Below are positions 55,425 through 64,000 of a stretch of DNA of 64,000 bases, one piece after another (position 1 is the first letter of the stretch; each line of letters starts with the position of its first letter). The stretch covers positions 156,225-220,224 of the forward strand of contig DEWY01000015.1 in the NCBI GenBank assembly GCA_002363865.1, in the 5' to 3' direction. The translations under genes were made by a program, and so were the position numbers. This stretch comes from Caulobacteraceae bacterium UBA3198 (GTDB lineage: Bacteria > Pseudomonadota > Alphaproteobacteria > Caulobacterales > Caulobacteraceae). The notes beneath the pieces are model-generated. The model did not search any database, was not told the DNA's origin, and saw nothing but the letters and a program-made list of their open reading frames with translations.

Positions 55425-56745
55425 CTGGCTTTATGCGCGCCACACCGGCGGCAAGTTCCTGTTGCGCGTCGAGGACACCGATCGCGAGCGCTCCACCCAG
55501 GCCGCCGTAGAGGTGATCTTCGACGGCATGAAGTGGCTGGGGCTCGAGGCCGATGAGCCCCCCGTGTTCCAGGCCGCCCGCGCGGACCGCCACCGGGCCG
55601 CGGTGGAAGACCTGCTGGCCAAGGGCGAAGCCTATCGCGACTACATGACGGCCGAGGAGCTTGAGGCCGAGCGTGAGACCGCCCGGGCCGAGGGCCGCGT
55701 GGTCCGCTCCCCCTGGCGCGACATCGCCCGCAATGACGCCCCAGATCGGCCTTTTGTCGTCCGCCTGAAGAGCCCGCTGACTGGCGACACCGTCGTGGCC
55801 GACAAGGTGAAGGGCGATATCCGGTTCCAGAACAAGGATCTCGACGACCTGATCCTGCTGCGCACCGACGGCTCGCCGACCTACAATCTTGCCGTCGTGG
55901 TCGATGACCACGACATGGGGGTGACCCATGTGATTCGCGGCGACGATCATCTCAACAACGCCGCCCGCCAGACCCTGATCTACAAGGCGCTCGGCTGGGA
56001 GGTCCCGGTCTGGGCCCACCTGCCGCTGATCCATGGCCCCGACGGCGCCAAGCTCTCCAAGCGCCATGGCGCCCAGGCGGTCAGCGAATTCGATTCGATG
56101 GGCTACCTCCCCGAGGCCATGCGCAATTATCTGGCCAGGCTCGGCTGGGGTCATGGGGACGACGAGATCTTCACCGACGCGCAGGCGATCAGCTGGTTCG
56201 ACATCGTTGATGTGGTCAGCGCCCCTGCCCGACTGGATTGGGCCAAGCTCAACCACATCAACAACCACTACATCCGCCAGGCCGATATCTCCCGTCTGGC
56301 GGACCTGGTGACGGCGATCCATGAAAGCCGCGATCTGAAGGTCCCCGCCGCGCTGCGCCAGGTGCTTGAGCGGACAATTCCGCTGGTGCGGGACGGCGCC
56401 AAGACCCTTCTGGACCTGGCGGACTCCACCGTCTTCGTGCTGACGCCGCGCCCCCTGGCCATGCCGGAGAAGGCCGCCGGTCTGCTCACCGAGGAGACGC
56501 GCGGTCGACTGAACCGGCTGCGCGACCGACTGGCTGCGGCGACCACCTGGGACGTCCCCAGCCTGGAAGGCGAGATTCGCGCCTTCGCCGAGTCGGAAGG
56601 CGTGGGCATTGGAAAATTCGGTCAGGCCTTGCGGGTCTGCCTGGCCGGCGTGGCCTCTGCGCCCGACCTCGCCGGAGCCCTGACGGCGCTCGGCCAGGAG
56701 GAAAGCCTCGGCCGCCTCCACGATGCGCTTTCGCCCGCTGCGTAA
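55339..56745 (+). CDS. gltX: Glutamate--tRNA ligase
   Basis: [59 protein letters not shown]. Confidence 0.97.
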   Translation: MPDRPVVTRIAPSPTGSMHIGTARTALFNWLYARHTGGKFLLRVEDTDRERSTQAAVEVIFDGMKWLGLEADEPPVFQAARADRHRAAVEDLLAKGEAYRDYMTAEELEAERETARAEGRVVRSPWRDIARNDAPDRPFVVRLKSPLTGDTVVADKVKGDIRFQNKDLDDLILLRTDGSPTYNLAVVVDDHDMGVTHVIRGDDHLNNAARQTLIYKALGWEVPVWAHLPLIHGPDGAKLSKRHGAQAVSEFDSMGYLPEAMRNYLARLGWGHGDDEIFTDAQAISWFDIVDVVSAPARLDWAKLNHINNHYIRQADISRLADLVTAIHESRDLKVPAALRQVLERTIPLVRDGAKTLLDLADSTVFVLTPRPLAMPEKAAGLLTEETRGRLNRLRDRLAAATTWDVPSLEGEIRAFAESEGVGIGKFGQALRVCLAGVASAPDLAGALTALGQEESLGRLHDALSPAA

Positions 56746-56803
56746 ACCGCTATAAGGCCAAGCGAACAGACGTTTTAATTCCTACTCATTGAAAGGGGAT
56801 GGC

Positions 56804-58087
56804 ATGGGCGATACGGCGAAGATCAGCATCGGCGCCAAATCCGTCGAACTACCCATCTTGAAGGGTACGACGGGTCCGGACGTGGTCGACGTGCGCAAAC
56901 TCTACGCCGAGGCCGATGTCTTCACCTACGATCCAGGGTTTACTTCGACGGCCAGCTGCGAGAGCAAGATCACCTATATCGACGGTGACGCCGGCATCCT
57001 GCTGCATCGGGGCTACCCGATCGACCAGCTGGCGGAGAAGTCCAGCTTCCTGGAAGTCTGCTACCTGCTGCTGCACGGCGAACTGCCCACGGCGAGCCAG
57101 TTCGCCGAGTTCGACCACAACATCACCTACCACACGATGTTGCACGAGCAATTCGACCGGTTCTTCGCGGGCTTCCGTCGCGACGCCCACCCGATGGCCA
57201 TCATGGTCGGCGCGGTCGGCGCCCTGTCGGCCTTCTATCACGACAGCACCAACATCGATGATCCGCAGCAGCGGATGATCTCGGCCCACCGCATGATCGC
57301 CAAGATGCCGACGATCGCCGCCCGGGCCTTCAAATACTCCAAGGGCCAGCCGTTCGTGCATCCGCGCAACGACGAGTCCTATGCCGAGAACTTCCTGCGG
57401 ATGTGCTTCTCGGTTCCGGCCGAGGACTGGAAGCCCAACCCGGTCCTGACCCGGGCCATGGACCGCATCTTCATCCTGCATGCCGATCACGAGCAGAATG
57501 CGTCCACCTCGACCGTCCGTCTGGCCGGTTCGTCGGGCGCCAATCCGTTCGCCTGCATCGCCGCCGGCATCGCCTGCCTGTGGGGCCCCAGCCATGGGGG
57601 CGCCAACGAAGAGGCGCTCAACATGCTGGCCGAGATCGGGTCGGTGGAGAACATCCCTGAATACGTCCAGGGCGTGAAGGACCGCCGCTACCGGCTGATG
57701 GGCTTCGGCCACCGGGTCTACAAGAACTACGACCCGCGCGCCAAGGTCATGCAGGCCACCTGCCACGAAGTCCTGGCGGAAGTCGGCAACACCGATGACC
57801 CGCTGCTGAAGGTGGCCATGGAGCTCGAGAAGATCGCGCTCAACGACCCCTACTTCGTGGAGCGCAAGCTCTATCCTAACGTGGACTTCTATTCGGGCAT
57901 CACCCTGCGGGCGCTTGGCTTCCCGCCGGAAATGTTCACCGTGCTGTTCGCGCTCGCGCGGACCGTCGGCTGGATCGCCCAGTGGAAGGAAATGGTCGAG
58001 GATCCGTCGCAGAAGATCGGGCGTCCGCGTCAGATCTACACCGGCGCCCCTCAGCGGGACTACACCTCGGTCGACAAGCGCGGCTAA
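56804..58087 (+). CDS. gltA: Citrate synthase (type II)
   Basis: [75 protein letters not shown]. Confidence 0.98.
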   Translation: MGDTAKISIGAKSVELPILKGTTGPDVVDVRKLYAEADVFTYDPGFTSTASCESKITYIDGDAGILLHRGYPIDQLAEKSSFLEVCYLLLHGELPTASQFAEFDHNITYHTMLHEQFDRFFAGFRRDAHPMAIMVGAVGALSAFYHDSTNIDDPQQRMISAHRMIAKMPTIAARAFKYSKGQPFVHPRNDESYAENFLRMCFSVPAEDWKPNPVLTRAMDRIFILHADHEQNASTSTVRLAGSSGANPFACIAAGIACLWGPSHGGANEEALNMLAEIGSVENIPEYVQGVKDRRYRLMGFGHRVYKNYDPRAKVMQATCHEVLAEVGNTDDPLLKVAMELEKIALNDPYFVERKLYPNVDFYSGITLRALGFPPEMFTVLFALARTVGWIAQWKEMVEDPSQKIGRPRQIYTGAPQRDYTSVDKRG

Positions 58088-59256
58088 GCCTCGCTTCGAC
58101 CCAGGATTTTCAGAACGGCCAGCGCGGCGGCCTCCGAGGGATCGGGGCCGCCGCGTCCCATTTTGACTAAGGCCTCATCCTGGGCCGCTACCTGCGCCTC
58201 GCGCTTGTAAGGGTCGTCCAGTCGCAGGGCGACTTCACGAGCCAGGGCCGGACCATTGCAGTCCCCCTGGATCAGCTCGGGGGCCACGTAGTCCTGAGCG
58301 GCAATGTTGAACAGCGTCACATAGTCGGTTCGGATCAGCCGCTTGAGGATCGCGTAGGTCACCGGACCAAGCCGGTAGCCCACCACCATGGGCGCGCCGG
58401 CCAGGGCCAACTCTGTTGTCACAGTGCCCGAGCAGGCCAGGGCCACGGTGGCGGCTTTCATCGCCGAATGGCGGTCCGCCTCCCCTTCCACCACATGGGC
58501 CCGATAGGGCCATCCCGCCACGCGAGCCTTCACGATGTCGGCGACCGTCGAGGCGGCGGGCACGATCACCTGCAGGTCCGGGCGCGCCGCTTTCAGAAGC
58601 GCGACAGCGTCTTCGAAGGGTGGCATCACCCGCTCGATCTCACTGCGACGACTGCCCGGCAGAACGATCAGCACCGGCGCCTCCGGCGAGATGGCCAGCC
58701 GACGACGGAGCGCCATGGGATCGGCGTCGTTCAGGTCGAGGCTGAGGGTGCTGTTACCGACAAAGGTGGTGGGCAGCCCCACCTTTTCGAAGAAGGGGGC
58801 GTCGAAGGTGTGGATGGACAGCAGATGGTCCACCGTCTTGGCCAGCACCGCCGCGCGGCCGGGCCGGGAGGCCCAGACCTGCGGCGCGACGTATTTGACG
58901 ACGGGCAAATCGGGCGACTGCGCCTTCAGCCGCTGCGCGACCCGCAGGGTGAAGCCCCAGGAATCGATCAGGATCGCCAGGTCAGGCTGCTCCCGGCGCG
59001 CCAGGGCGGCCATCTCATCGGCCCGCCGCACGACACGTCGATAGGCGAGCAAGCCCTCGAGCAGCCCCAGGATCGACAGCTCTGACATGTCGAAGGGACT
59101 GACCAGCCCCTCGGCGGTCATCCGCGCGCCCCCCAGGCCGACAAATCTGACTCCGTCTGGACCGAGGCGGCGCTTCAGGGCGGCCATCAGGCCGGCCCCG
59201 CGGTCATCTCCCGAAGCCTCTGCGGCGACCAGCATGATGCAGAGCGGCCGGCTCAT
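58084..59256 (-). CDS. lpxB: Lipid-A-disaccharide synthase
   Basis: [42 protein letters not shown]. Confidence 0.95.
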   Translation of the reverse strand: MSRPLCIMLVAAEASGDDRGAGLMAALKRRLGPDGVRFVGLGGARMTAEGLVSPFDMSELSILGLLEGLLAYRRVVRRADEMAALARREQPDLAILIDSWGFTLRVAQRLKAQSPDLPVVKYVAPQVWASRPGRAAVLAKTVDHLLSIHTFDAPFFEKVGLPTTFVGNSTLSLDLNDADPMALRRRLAISPEAPVLIVLPGSRRSEIERVMPPFEDAVALLKAARPDLQVIVPAASTVADIVKARVAGWPYRAHVVEGEADRHSAMKAATVALACSGTVTTELALAGAPMVVGYRLGPVTYAILKRLIRTDYVTLFNIAAQDYVAPELIQGDCNGPALAREVALRLDDPYKREAQVAAQDEALVKMGRGGPDPSEAAALAVLKILGRSEA

Positions 59257-60092
59257 GACGCCTCAGGATCGACGCCCAAGACGAAGAGACCGAGATCGTC
59301 GGCCATCTCGATCAGGGCGCTGCGGTCGAGCACCAGAAGGCGCCCCGCCTCCCCCACCACCCCGGCGAGGCCGGCCCGCGCCGCGCGCTGGATCGTGGCC
59401 AGGCCGATGGTGGGCAGATCAACCCGGGTCTCCTGGATGGGCTTCGGCGCCTTGGCCAGGACGCCGCGCAGGGCGTCAGGCGCCCCGCGTATGGCGCCCG
59501 GCAGTTCGGCGACCCGGCGCAGCATGGCGTCTGTGCCCTCCTGGGCCTCTACGGCGAGCACAAGTCCCTCGCAGACCACGGTGCCCTGACCGATGTCCAT
59601 GCGTCCCATCTCCCGGGCCACGTGCAGGGCGCGGGCGATATCGGCGTGGTGGCGAGGTTCGGGCGAGATGCGGCCCAGAACGCCCAGGGGCAGCCGCAGG
59701 TCACCCAGAGCCTCATCGGCGCCTTCGATCCGGAAGCCCTCCTTCTCGAACTCCTGCAGCAGCGCGCGCAGCAGGCCATCGTCCCCGTGACGGGCTGCGG
59801 CGATCAACCCAGGCAAGGCCTTCAGCCCCCTTACGTCAGGCCGCAGGGCGGCGAAGTCGGGGCGGTTCACCTGGCCGGCGAAGCAGATCGACTCGCAGCC
59901 CGCGCCTTGCAGCGCGCGCATGCACTTGCCCAGTTCGGCGATGCCGATATCGGCCCCGGGAAAGCCCGCCAGCTCAACTCCGGCGAACCCCTTGAGACGC
60001 ACGACGAACAGGGGCCGGCCGGCCTGCTGACAGGCTGTGGCGATCTCCACCGGAAGTCCGCCGCCGCCCGCGATCAGGCCGAGCCTGGACAA
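59253..60092 (-). CDS. lpxI: UDP-2,3-diacylglucosamine pyrophosphatase LpxI
   Basis: LGLIAGGG.LP, D.GQG.VV..G.VLAVEA.EGTD.ML.R, K..KP.QE.RVDLPTIG; between lpxA and lpxB. Confidence 0.93.
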   Translation of the reverse strand: MSRLGLIAGGGGLPVEIATACQQAGRPLFVVRLKGFAGVELAGFPGADIGIAELGKCMRALQGAGCESICFAGQVNRPDFAALRPDVRGLKALPGLIAAARHGDDGLLRALLQEFEKEGFRIEGADEALGDLRLPLGVLGRISPEPRHHADIARALHVAREMGRMDIGQGTVVCEGLVLAVEAQEGTDAMLRRVAELPGAIRGAPDALRGVLAKAPKPIQETRVDLPTIGLATIQRAARAGLAGVVGEAGRLLVLDRSALIEMADDLGLFVLGVDPEAS

Positions 60093-60096
60093 GATG

Positions 60097-60894
60097 CTAG
60101 ACCTCCCGCTCCGGCAGACAGAGCGGCCGGTTGGCTTCGGCGCGGATGAAATCGATGATCTCCATCACCGGGGCGCTGTGGCCGAAGGTGGCCATGGCGT
60201 CATCGATCCGCTCCTGGAAGGTCCCCTCCTCCGCAAAAAGCAGGCGATAGGCTGAGCGGAGTTCGGCGATCATCTCGCGGGAAAAGTTCCGGCGCTTCAG
60301 TCCCACGAGGTTCAGCCCCTCGAGGTGGGCGTGATTGCCCCAGACGAGCCCGTAGGGGATGACGTCCTTGGTCACCGCGGCCAGGCCGCCGATGAAGGAA
60401 TAGCGGCCGACCCGGCAGTGCTGGTGCACAGCGGCCAGGCCGCTGACCATGACGAAGTCGCCCACATCCACGTGACCGCCCAGGGTCGCCGAATGGGCCA
60501 GAACGACATTGTCGCCCACCACGCAGTCGTGGCCCACATGACTGGTGGCCATGTACATGCCATCATCGCCAACCCGGGTGACGCCGCCGCCCTCGGGGGT
60601 GCCGATGTGCATGGTGACGTGCTCCCACAGCCGGTTACGATCTCCGATGATCAATTCGGTGGGCTCGCCCTTGTATCCCGTGTGGTGGGGGGGACCGCCA
60701 AGATTGGCGAAGTTGCGCACGCTGCAGTCGGCGCCGATGGTCGTGTGGCCCTCGACCACCACATGGGACAGGAGCTCGGTCCGCGGGCCGATCTTCACAT
60801 GCTCGCCGATGATGGAGTACGGCCCGATCTTGACGCTGTCGGCCAGCTCCGCGCCGGGGCTGACAATGGCTGTGGGGTGGATCTCGACCGTCAT
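60097..60894 (-). CDS. lpxA: UDP-N-acetylglucosamine acyltransferase
   Basis: IHPTAIV hexapeptide repeats, HVGHDC.VG, L.GHV.VGD, G.AAVHQ..RVG, G.N.VGLKRR.F. Confidence 0.95.
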   Translation of the reverse strand: MTVEIHPTAIVSPGAELADSVKIGPYSIIGEHVKIGPRTELLSHVVVEGHTTIGADCSVRNFANLGGPPHHTGYKGEPTELIIGDRNRLWEHVTMHIGTPEGGGVTRVGDDGMYMATSHVGHDCVVGDNVVLAHSATLGGHVDVGDFVMVSGLAAVHQHCRVGRYSFIGGLAAVTKDVIPYGLVWGNHAHLEGLNLVGLKRRNFSREMIAELRSAYRLLFAEEGTFQERIDDAMATFGHSAPVMEIIDFIRAEANRPLCLPEREV

Positions 60895-61364
60895 TGGGTG
60901 GCCACCACCATCGCGGCGAACTCGGCCTCAGCGGCCACCTTGTCGCCCACCATGGCCTGGCCCTTGAACTTGAACAGGTCTCCCCGATGCTTGACCACCT
61001 CGACCGGCATCCGCAGCACATCCCCAGGACGCACCGGCTGGCGGAAGCGGCAGTTGTCCAGGGAGATGAACAGGATGGTCTTGCCGGCCACGTCCACATC
61101 CAGGGACTTGGACATCAGCACGGCTCCGGTCTGGGCCAGGGCTTCGACGATCAGGACACCCGGCATGACCGGATACTCCGGGAAATGGCCCGCGAAGAAG
61201 GGCTCATTGAAGGTCACGCACTTGATCCCGACGATCGACTCGCTGGGCTTGTAGTCCTCCGCCCGGTCGACCAGCAGGAAGGGATAGCGGTGGGGGATCC
61301 GTCGAAGGACCTCGGTGATATCGATCTCGGTGGGGTTCTCATTCACCGGCGCTTTGCGGCTCAT
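60891..61364 (-). CDS. fabZ: 3-hydroxyacyl-ACP dehydratase
   Basis: [46 protein letters not shown]. Confidence 0.96.
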   Translation of the reverse strand: MSRKAPVNENPTEIDITEVLRRIPHRYPFLLVDRAEDYKPSESIVGIKCVTFNEPFFAGHFPEYPVMPGVLIVEALAQTGAVLMSKSLDVDVAGKTILFISLDNCRFRQPVRPGDVLRMPVEVVKHRGDLFKFKGQAMVGDKVAAEAEFAAMVVATQ

Positions 61365-62383
61365 GCGCCTGCTCCATCTCCGCGACGCGTCGCCATCCTC
61401 GATAGCCACGCCACTTCGCGCATCCATTTCTTGATTGGTCGGGCGGGGAAACCGCCCCAGGTCTCGCCCGCGGGAATGTCCTTCATGACGCCGGCGGCCG
61501 CGGCCACCCGGGCGCCCTCACCGATGATCAGATGGTCGGCCACGCCTGCGCGGCCGCCAAACTGAACGCCATCACCGACCACCACGCTGCCCGATATGCC
61601 CGTCTGGGCGGCGATTGCGCAATTGCGGCCGATGCGGACGTTGTGGGCGATCTGGACCATGTTGTCGATCTTGGTGTTCTCGCCGATGACAGTGTCCTCA
61701 TAGGCGCCGCGATCAATGCAAACGCCGGCCCCCACAGTCACGCCATCCTGCAGGATGACGCGGCCAAGCTGGGGAATATCCATCAGACCGCCCGCGCCCA
61801 CGGTGGCGCCGAATCCGGCCTCCCCGATCATGGCGCCGGCGAAGACCTTCACCCGGTCTCCCAGCAGGGCGAAATTGACGGTCGCCCGGGCCCCGATTTC
61901 ACACTGACGGCCGATGGCGACGCCCGGCCCGATCACCGCGCCCGCGCCAATCACCGAACCGGCGCCAATCTGAGCGCCGTCGCCGATCACCGCCCCAGGC
62001 TCAATCCGCACGTCGGGCTCGATCTCCGCCTTGGCCGAAACCATGACGTCCGCCGCACTCCGCCGGGGCCGGTGGAGCGCCAGGCTCGCCAGGGCGTACC
62101 CCGCCTGGGGCGAGGCGATCAGTAAGGCGACACAGCCTTTGCGGACAGCCTGGGCCTGACGCGGATGAACGAAGCAGGCGCTCGCCTGGATGTCCGCCAG
62201 CTCAGCGGCCCGACGATGGTCGGAGAGAAAGGTCACTGACCCCGCCTGAGCGCGGCCGAGCACGGCGACCCCTTTGATCTCCACGGAAGGATCAGCGCCG
62301 GGCGCCAGCTCAGCGCCGGTCAGCTCGGCGAGGCGGGAAACACGAAGGGGACCGAGGTCCTCAAAGAAGCGCGGGTCAGGCAT
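61361..62383 (-). CDS. lpxD: UDP-3-O-acyl-glucosamine N-acyltransferase
   Basis: MPDPRFF, IG..GFG, IPQLGRV..QD.V.VGA...IDRGA..DT.IG..TKIDN.VQIAHNV. Confidence 0.95.
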   Translation of the reverse strand: MPDPRFFEDLGPLRVSRLAELTGAELAPGADPSVEIKGVAVLGRAQAGSVTFLSDHRRAAELADIQASACFVHPRQAQAVRKGCVALLIASPQAGYALASLALHRPRRSAADVMVSAKAEIEPDVRIEPGAVIGDGAQIGAGSVIGAGAVIGPGVAIGRQCEIGARATVNFALLGDRVKVFAGAMIGEAGFGATVGAGGLMDIPQLGRVILQDGVTVGAGVCIDRGAYEDTVIGENTKIDNMVQIAHNVRIGRNCAIAAQTGISGSVVVGDGVQFGGRAGVADHLIIGEGARVAAAAGVMKDIPAGETWGGFPARPIKKWMREVAWLSRMATRRGDGAGA

Positions 62384-62427
62384 ATGGATTCCAGGCGCAA
62401 CCCGCGCCCCTTGGGCGAGTCGCTGGC

Positions 62428-63045
62428 TTACCTAGTCTGGGCGCCGACGGCCTGCTGGTCCAGACGTTCACGGTCGAAAGCGAACTGGGTGATCTTGGCG
62501 TTCAGCGCCGTGACAACCGCAGCGGTGACGTCCATCTGCGGGTTGGACAGCAGCAGGGCGTCGCGATTGATCAGCATGGCGCACTGGCGCTGCTGATAGA
62601 CCTGACGGATCAGCGGCTCCATTTCCTGACCGACGCGGGCGATGGCCTTCTGCTGGGTCACGGCCAGTTCGCGTTCGCGCAGGGTCGCCTTGCGCTGGAA
62701 GGCGTTGACCCGCACCTGCAGATCGGCCCGGCGCTTGTCGAAGGCGTCCTGGCTGAGGCTGGCGCGGCCGGTCTCGATGGCCTGGGCCTCATTGGTGATG
62801 GCGGTCTCTTCGCCCTTCAGCTCGGCCTCCACCTGAGTGGCGATCTGCTGCAGCCGGGTCTGGACGTACTGGCCGACGGTGGAGCCGCCGATAGCGTTAT
62901 CGAGCGACATCACACAGACCCCCGCAATGGCGGCGCCGTGGGAGACCTGCGGGGCGGCGGGCGCCTGCTGGGCCTGCGCGCCCGGGGCGAGCGCGAGCGC
63001 GAACACCGCGGCGGAGAGGCCGGCGGCGAGGGTTTTGGTGGTCAT
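62428..63045 (-). CDS. skp: OmpH/Skp family periplasmic chaperone
   Basis: Signal peptide ending AQA, long coiled-coil helices, D.T..V...LN; between bamA and lpxD. Confidence 0.8.
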   Translation of the reverse strand: MTTKTLAAGLSAAVFALALAPGAQAQQAPAAPQVSHGAAIAGVCVMSLDNAIGGSTVGQYVQTRLQQIATQVEAELKGEETAITNEAQAIETGRASLSQDAFDKRRADLQVRVNAFQRKATLRERELAVTQQKAIARVGQEMEPLIRQVYQQRQCAMLINRDALLLSNPQMDVTAAVVTALNAKITQFAFDRERLDQQAVGAQTR

Positions 63046-63049
63046 GAAA

Positions 63050-64000
63050 TCAGAACCTAGTTGAGGTGGAGAACCGGAAGGTTTCGGTCTTATCGTAATC
63101 TTCTTTGGCCAAAACTTGGCTGAAGTCGAAACGGATCGGACCCATGGGCGAGCGCCAGAAGATGCTGACGCCCGCAGACGCCCGCAGAGAGAGGTCGTCG
63201 ACGATGTTGGGATCGACGGCCCCGGCGACGGTGAGCTTATCCTCATCGTCCAGCATACCCAAGGTGCCGAAGTCGGAGAAGAGCGCAGCCTTCACCCCAT
63301 ATTGCTCGGGCAGGAAGGTCGGCACGGTCAATTCCACCGAACCGATGGCGTAGGCCTTGCCCCCCAGGGCGTCGCCGCGAGCGGAGTTGAGGTCGCGGGC
63401 GCCGATGCCGGCGGTTTCAAAGCCCCGGAAGCTGTTGCCGCCCTTGTAGAAGCGCTCATTGATCCGGACGGTGTCGCCGTTCCAGCCGTCCACATAGCCC
63501 GCAGAGCCGGTGGCGCTGAGGATGAAGCTCGGTGAGAAGCCGTAATAGATGCCGCCTTCGACCTCGGTCTTGAGATAGTTCACGTCCCCGCCGACGCCCG
63601 CCAGATCCTGGTTCAGCGCGGTGTAGAACCCGCGGGTCGGGTTGATCGGGTCGTTGCGGCGGTCAAGGCGCACGCCGTAGCCCACCAGGGAGGTCGTGTA
63701 GGCCCCGCGCTGCTGGCAGAGCGAGATGGAGACGACCGCAGCATTGGGGTCGCAGAAGGAGGCCGGGATCTCGACCTCATCCCGACGCAGTGTGTAGCGG
63801 GCCGAGGCTCGCGCATTCAGAGTCAGGGGGAAGCCCAGACGCACGCCGCCGCCGATGGTGTTTGTGCGATAGGCCGAATAGTCGGTCAGGTCGTAGCGAT
63901 AGGAGTAGAGGTCTACGCCGGCGCCTAGATCGCGCCCCATGAAGCGCGGCTCGGTGAACGAGAAGTCCACCTGCTGACGAAGCGAGCCCACAGAAACCCG
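63050..64000 (-). CDS. bamA: Outer membrane protein assembly factor BamA, C-terminal barrel (5' end outside window)
   Basis: FTEPRF, DRRNDPINPTRG, ERFYKGG.SFRGF...GIG, GGKAYAIGSVE, W.SPMGP.RFD, terminal F.FSTSTRF. Confidence 0.95.
   Translation of the reverse strand, partial: RVSVGSLRQQVDFSFTEPRFMGRDLGAGVDLYSYRYDLTDYSAYRTNTIGGGVRLGFPLTLNARASARYTLRRDEVEIPASFCDPNAAVVSISLCQQRGAYTTSLVGYGVRLDRRNDPINPTRGFYTALNQDLAGVGGDVNYLKTEVEGGIYYGFSPSFILSATGSAGYVDGWNGDTVRINERFYKGGNSFRGFETAGIGARDLNSARGDALGGKAYAIGSVELTVPTFLPEQYGVKAALFSDFGTLGMLDDEDKLTVAGAVDPNIVDDLSLRASAGVSIFWRSPMGPIRFDFSQVLAKEDYDKTETFRFSTSTRF

Overview
High-GC alphaproteobacterial chromosome segment. Gene order and protein sequences point to Caulobacteraceae, possibly Phenylobacterium-like; this is inferred, not searched. 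About 90% is the conserved core backbone: rlpA-tmk-holB-tatD-MBL, mazG/hflX-hfq-dat-ntrXY-ntrCB-dusB, ispDF, cinA, ratA/coq10-lipA, the pdh operon, ftsB, eno, rpmF, pyrG-secG-tpiA, ppiD-trpE/trpGDC, lexA, comEC, gltX-gltA, and lpxB-lpxI-lpxA-fabZ-lpxD-skp-bamA (bamA runs off the right edge). Accessory material lies 3' of tRNA-Ser(TGA) at 1-4184 (class II photolyase, 2OG-Fe(II) oxygenase, ArsR, TetR, Rieske oxygenase), at 8.6-13.3 kb (PurN homolog, CheT-like protein, HU, LOG, secreted protein, MFS), and as single inserted genes. I found no CRISPR array, integrase, transposase, rRNA or recognisable defence system, and I cannot support a claim of a complete new system. The best leads are a rearrangement scar joining a KdpE-like C-terminal remnant to a start-less 2OG oxygenase (~1500), an orphan CheT-like gene behind a CtrA-like box, an orphan AlgJ/AlgX-type protein between trpC and lexA, a catalytically degenerate alpha/beta-hydrolase lipoprotein next to a stand-alone acyl-ACP synthetase, and a possible LOG-MFS-MazG nucleotide-handling module. 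All family assignments come from motif recognition by eye; no database search was run.
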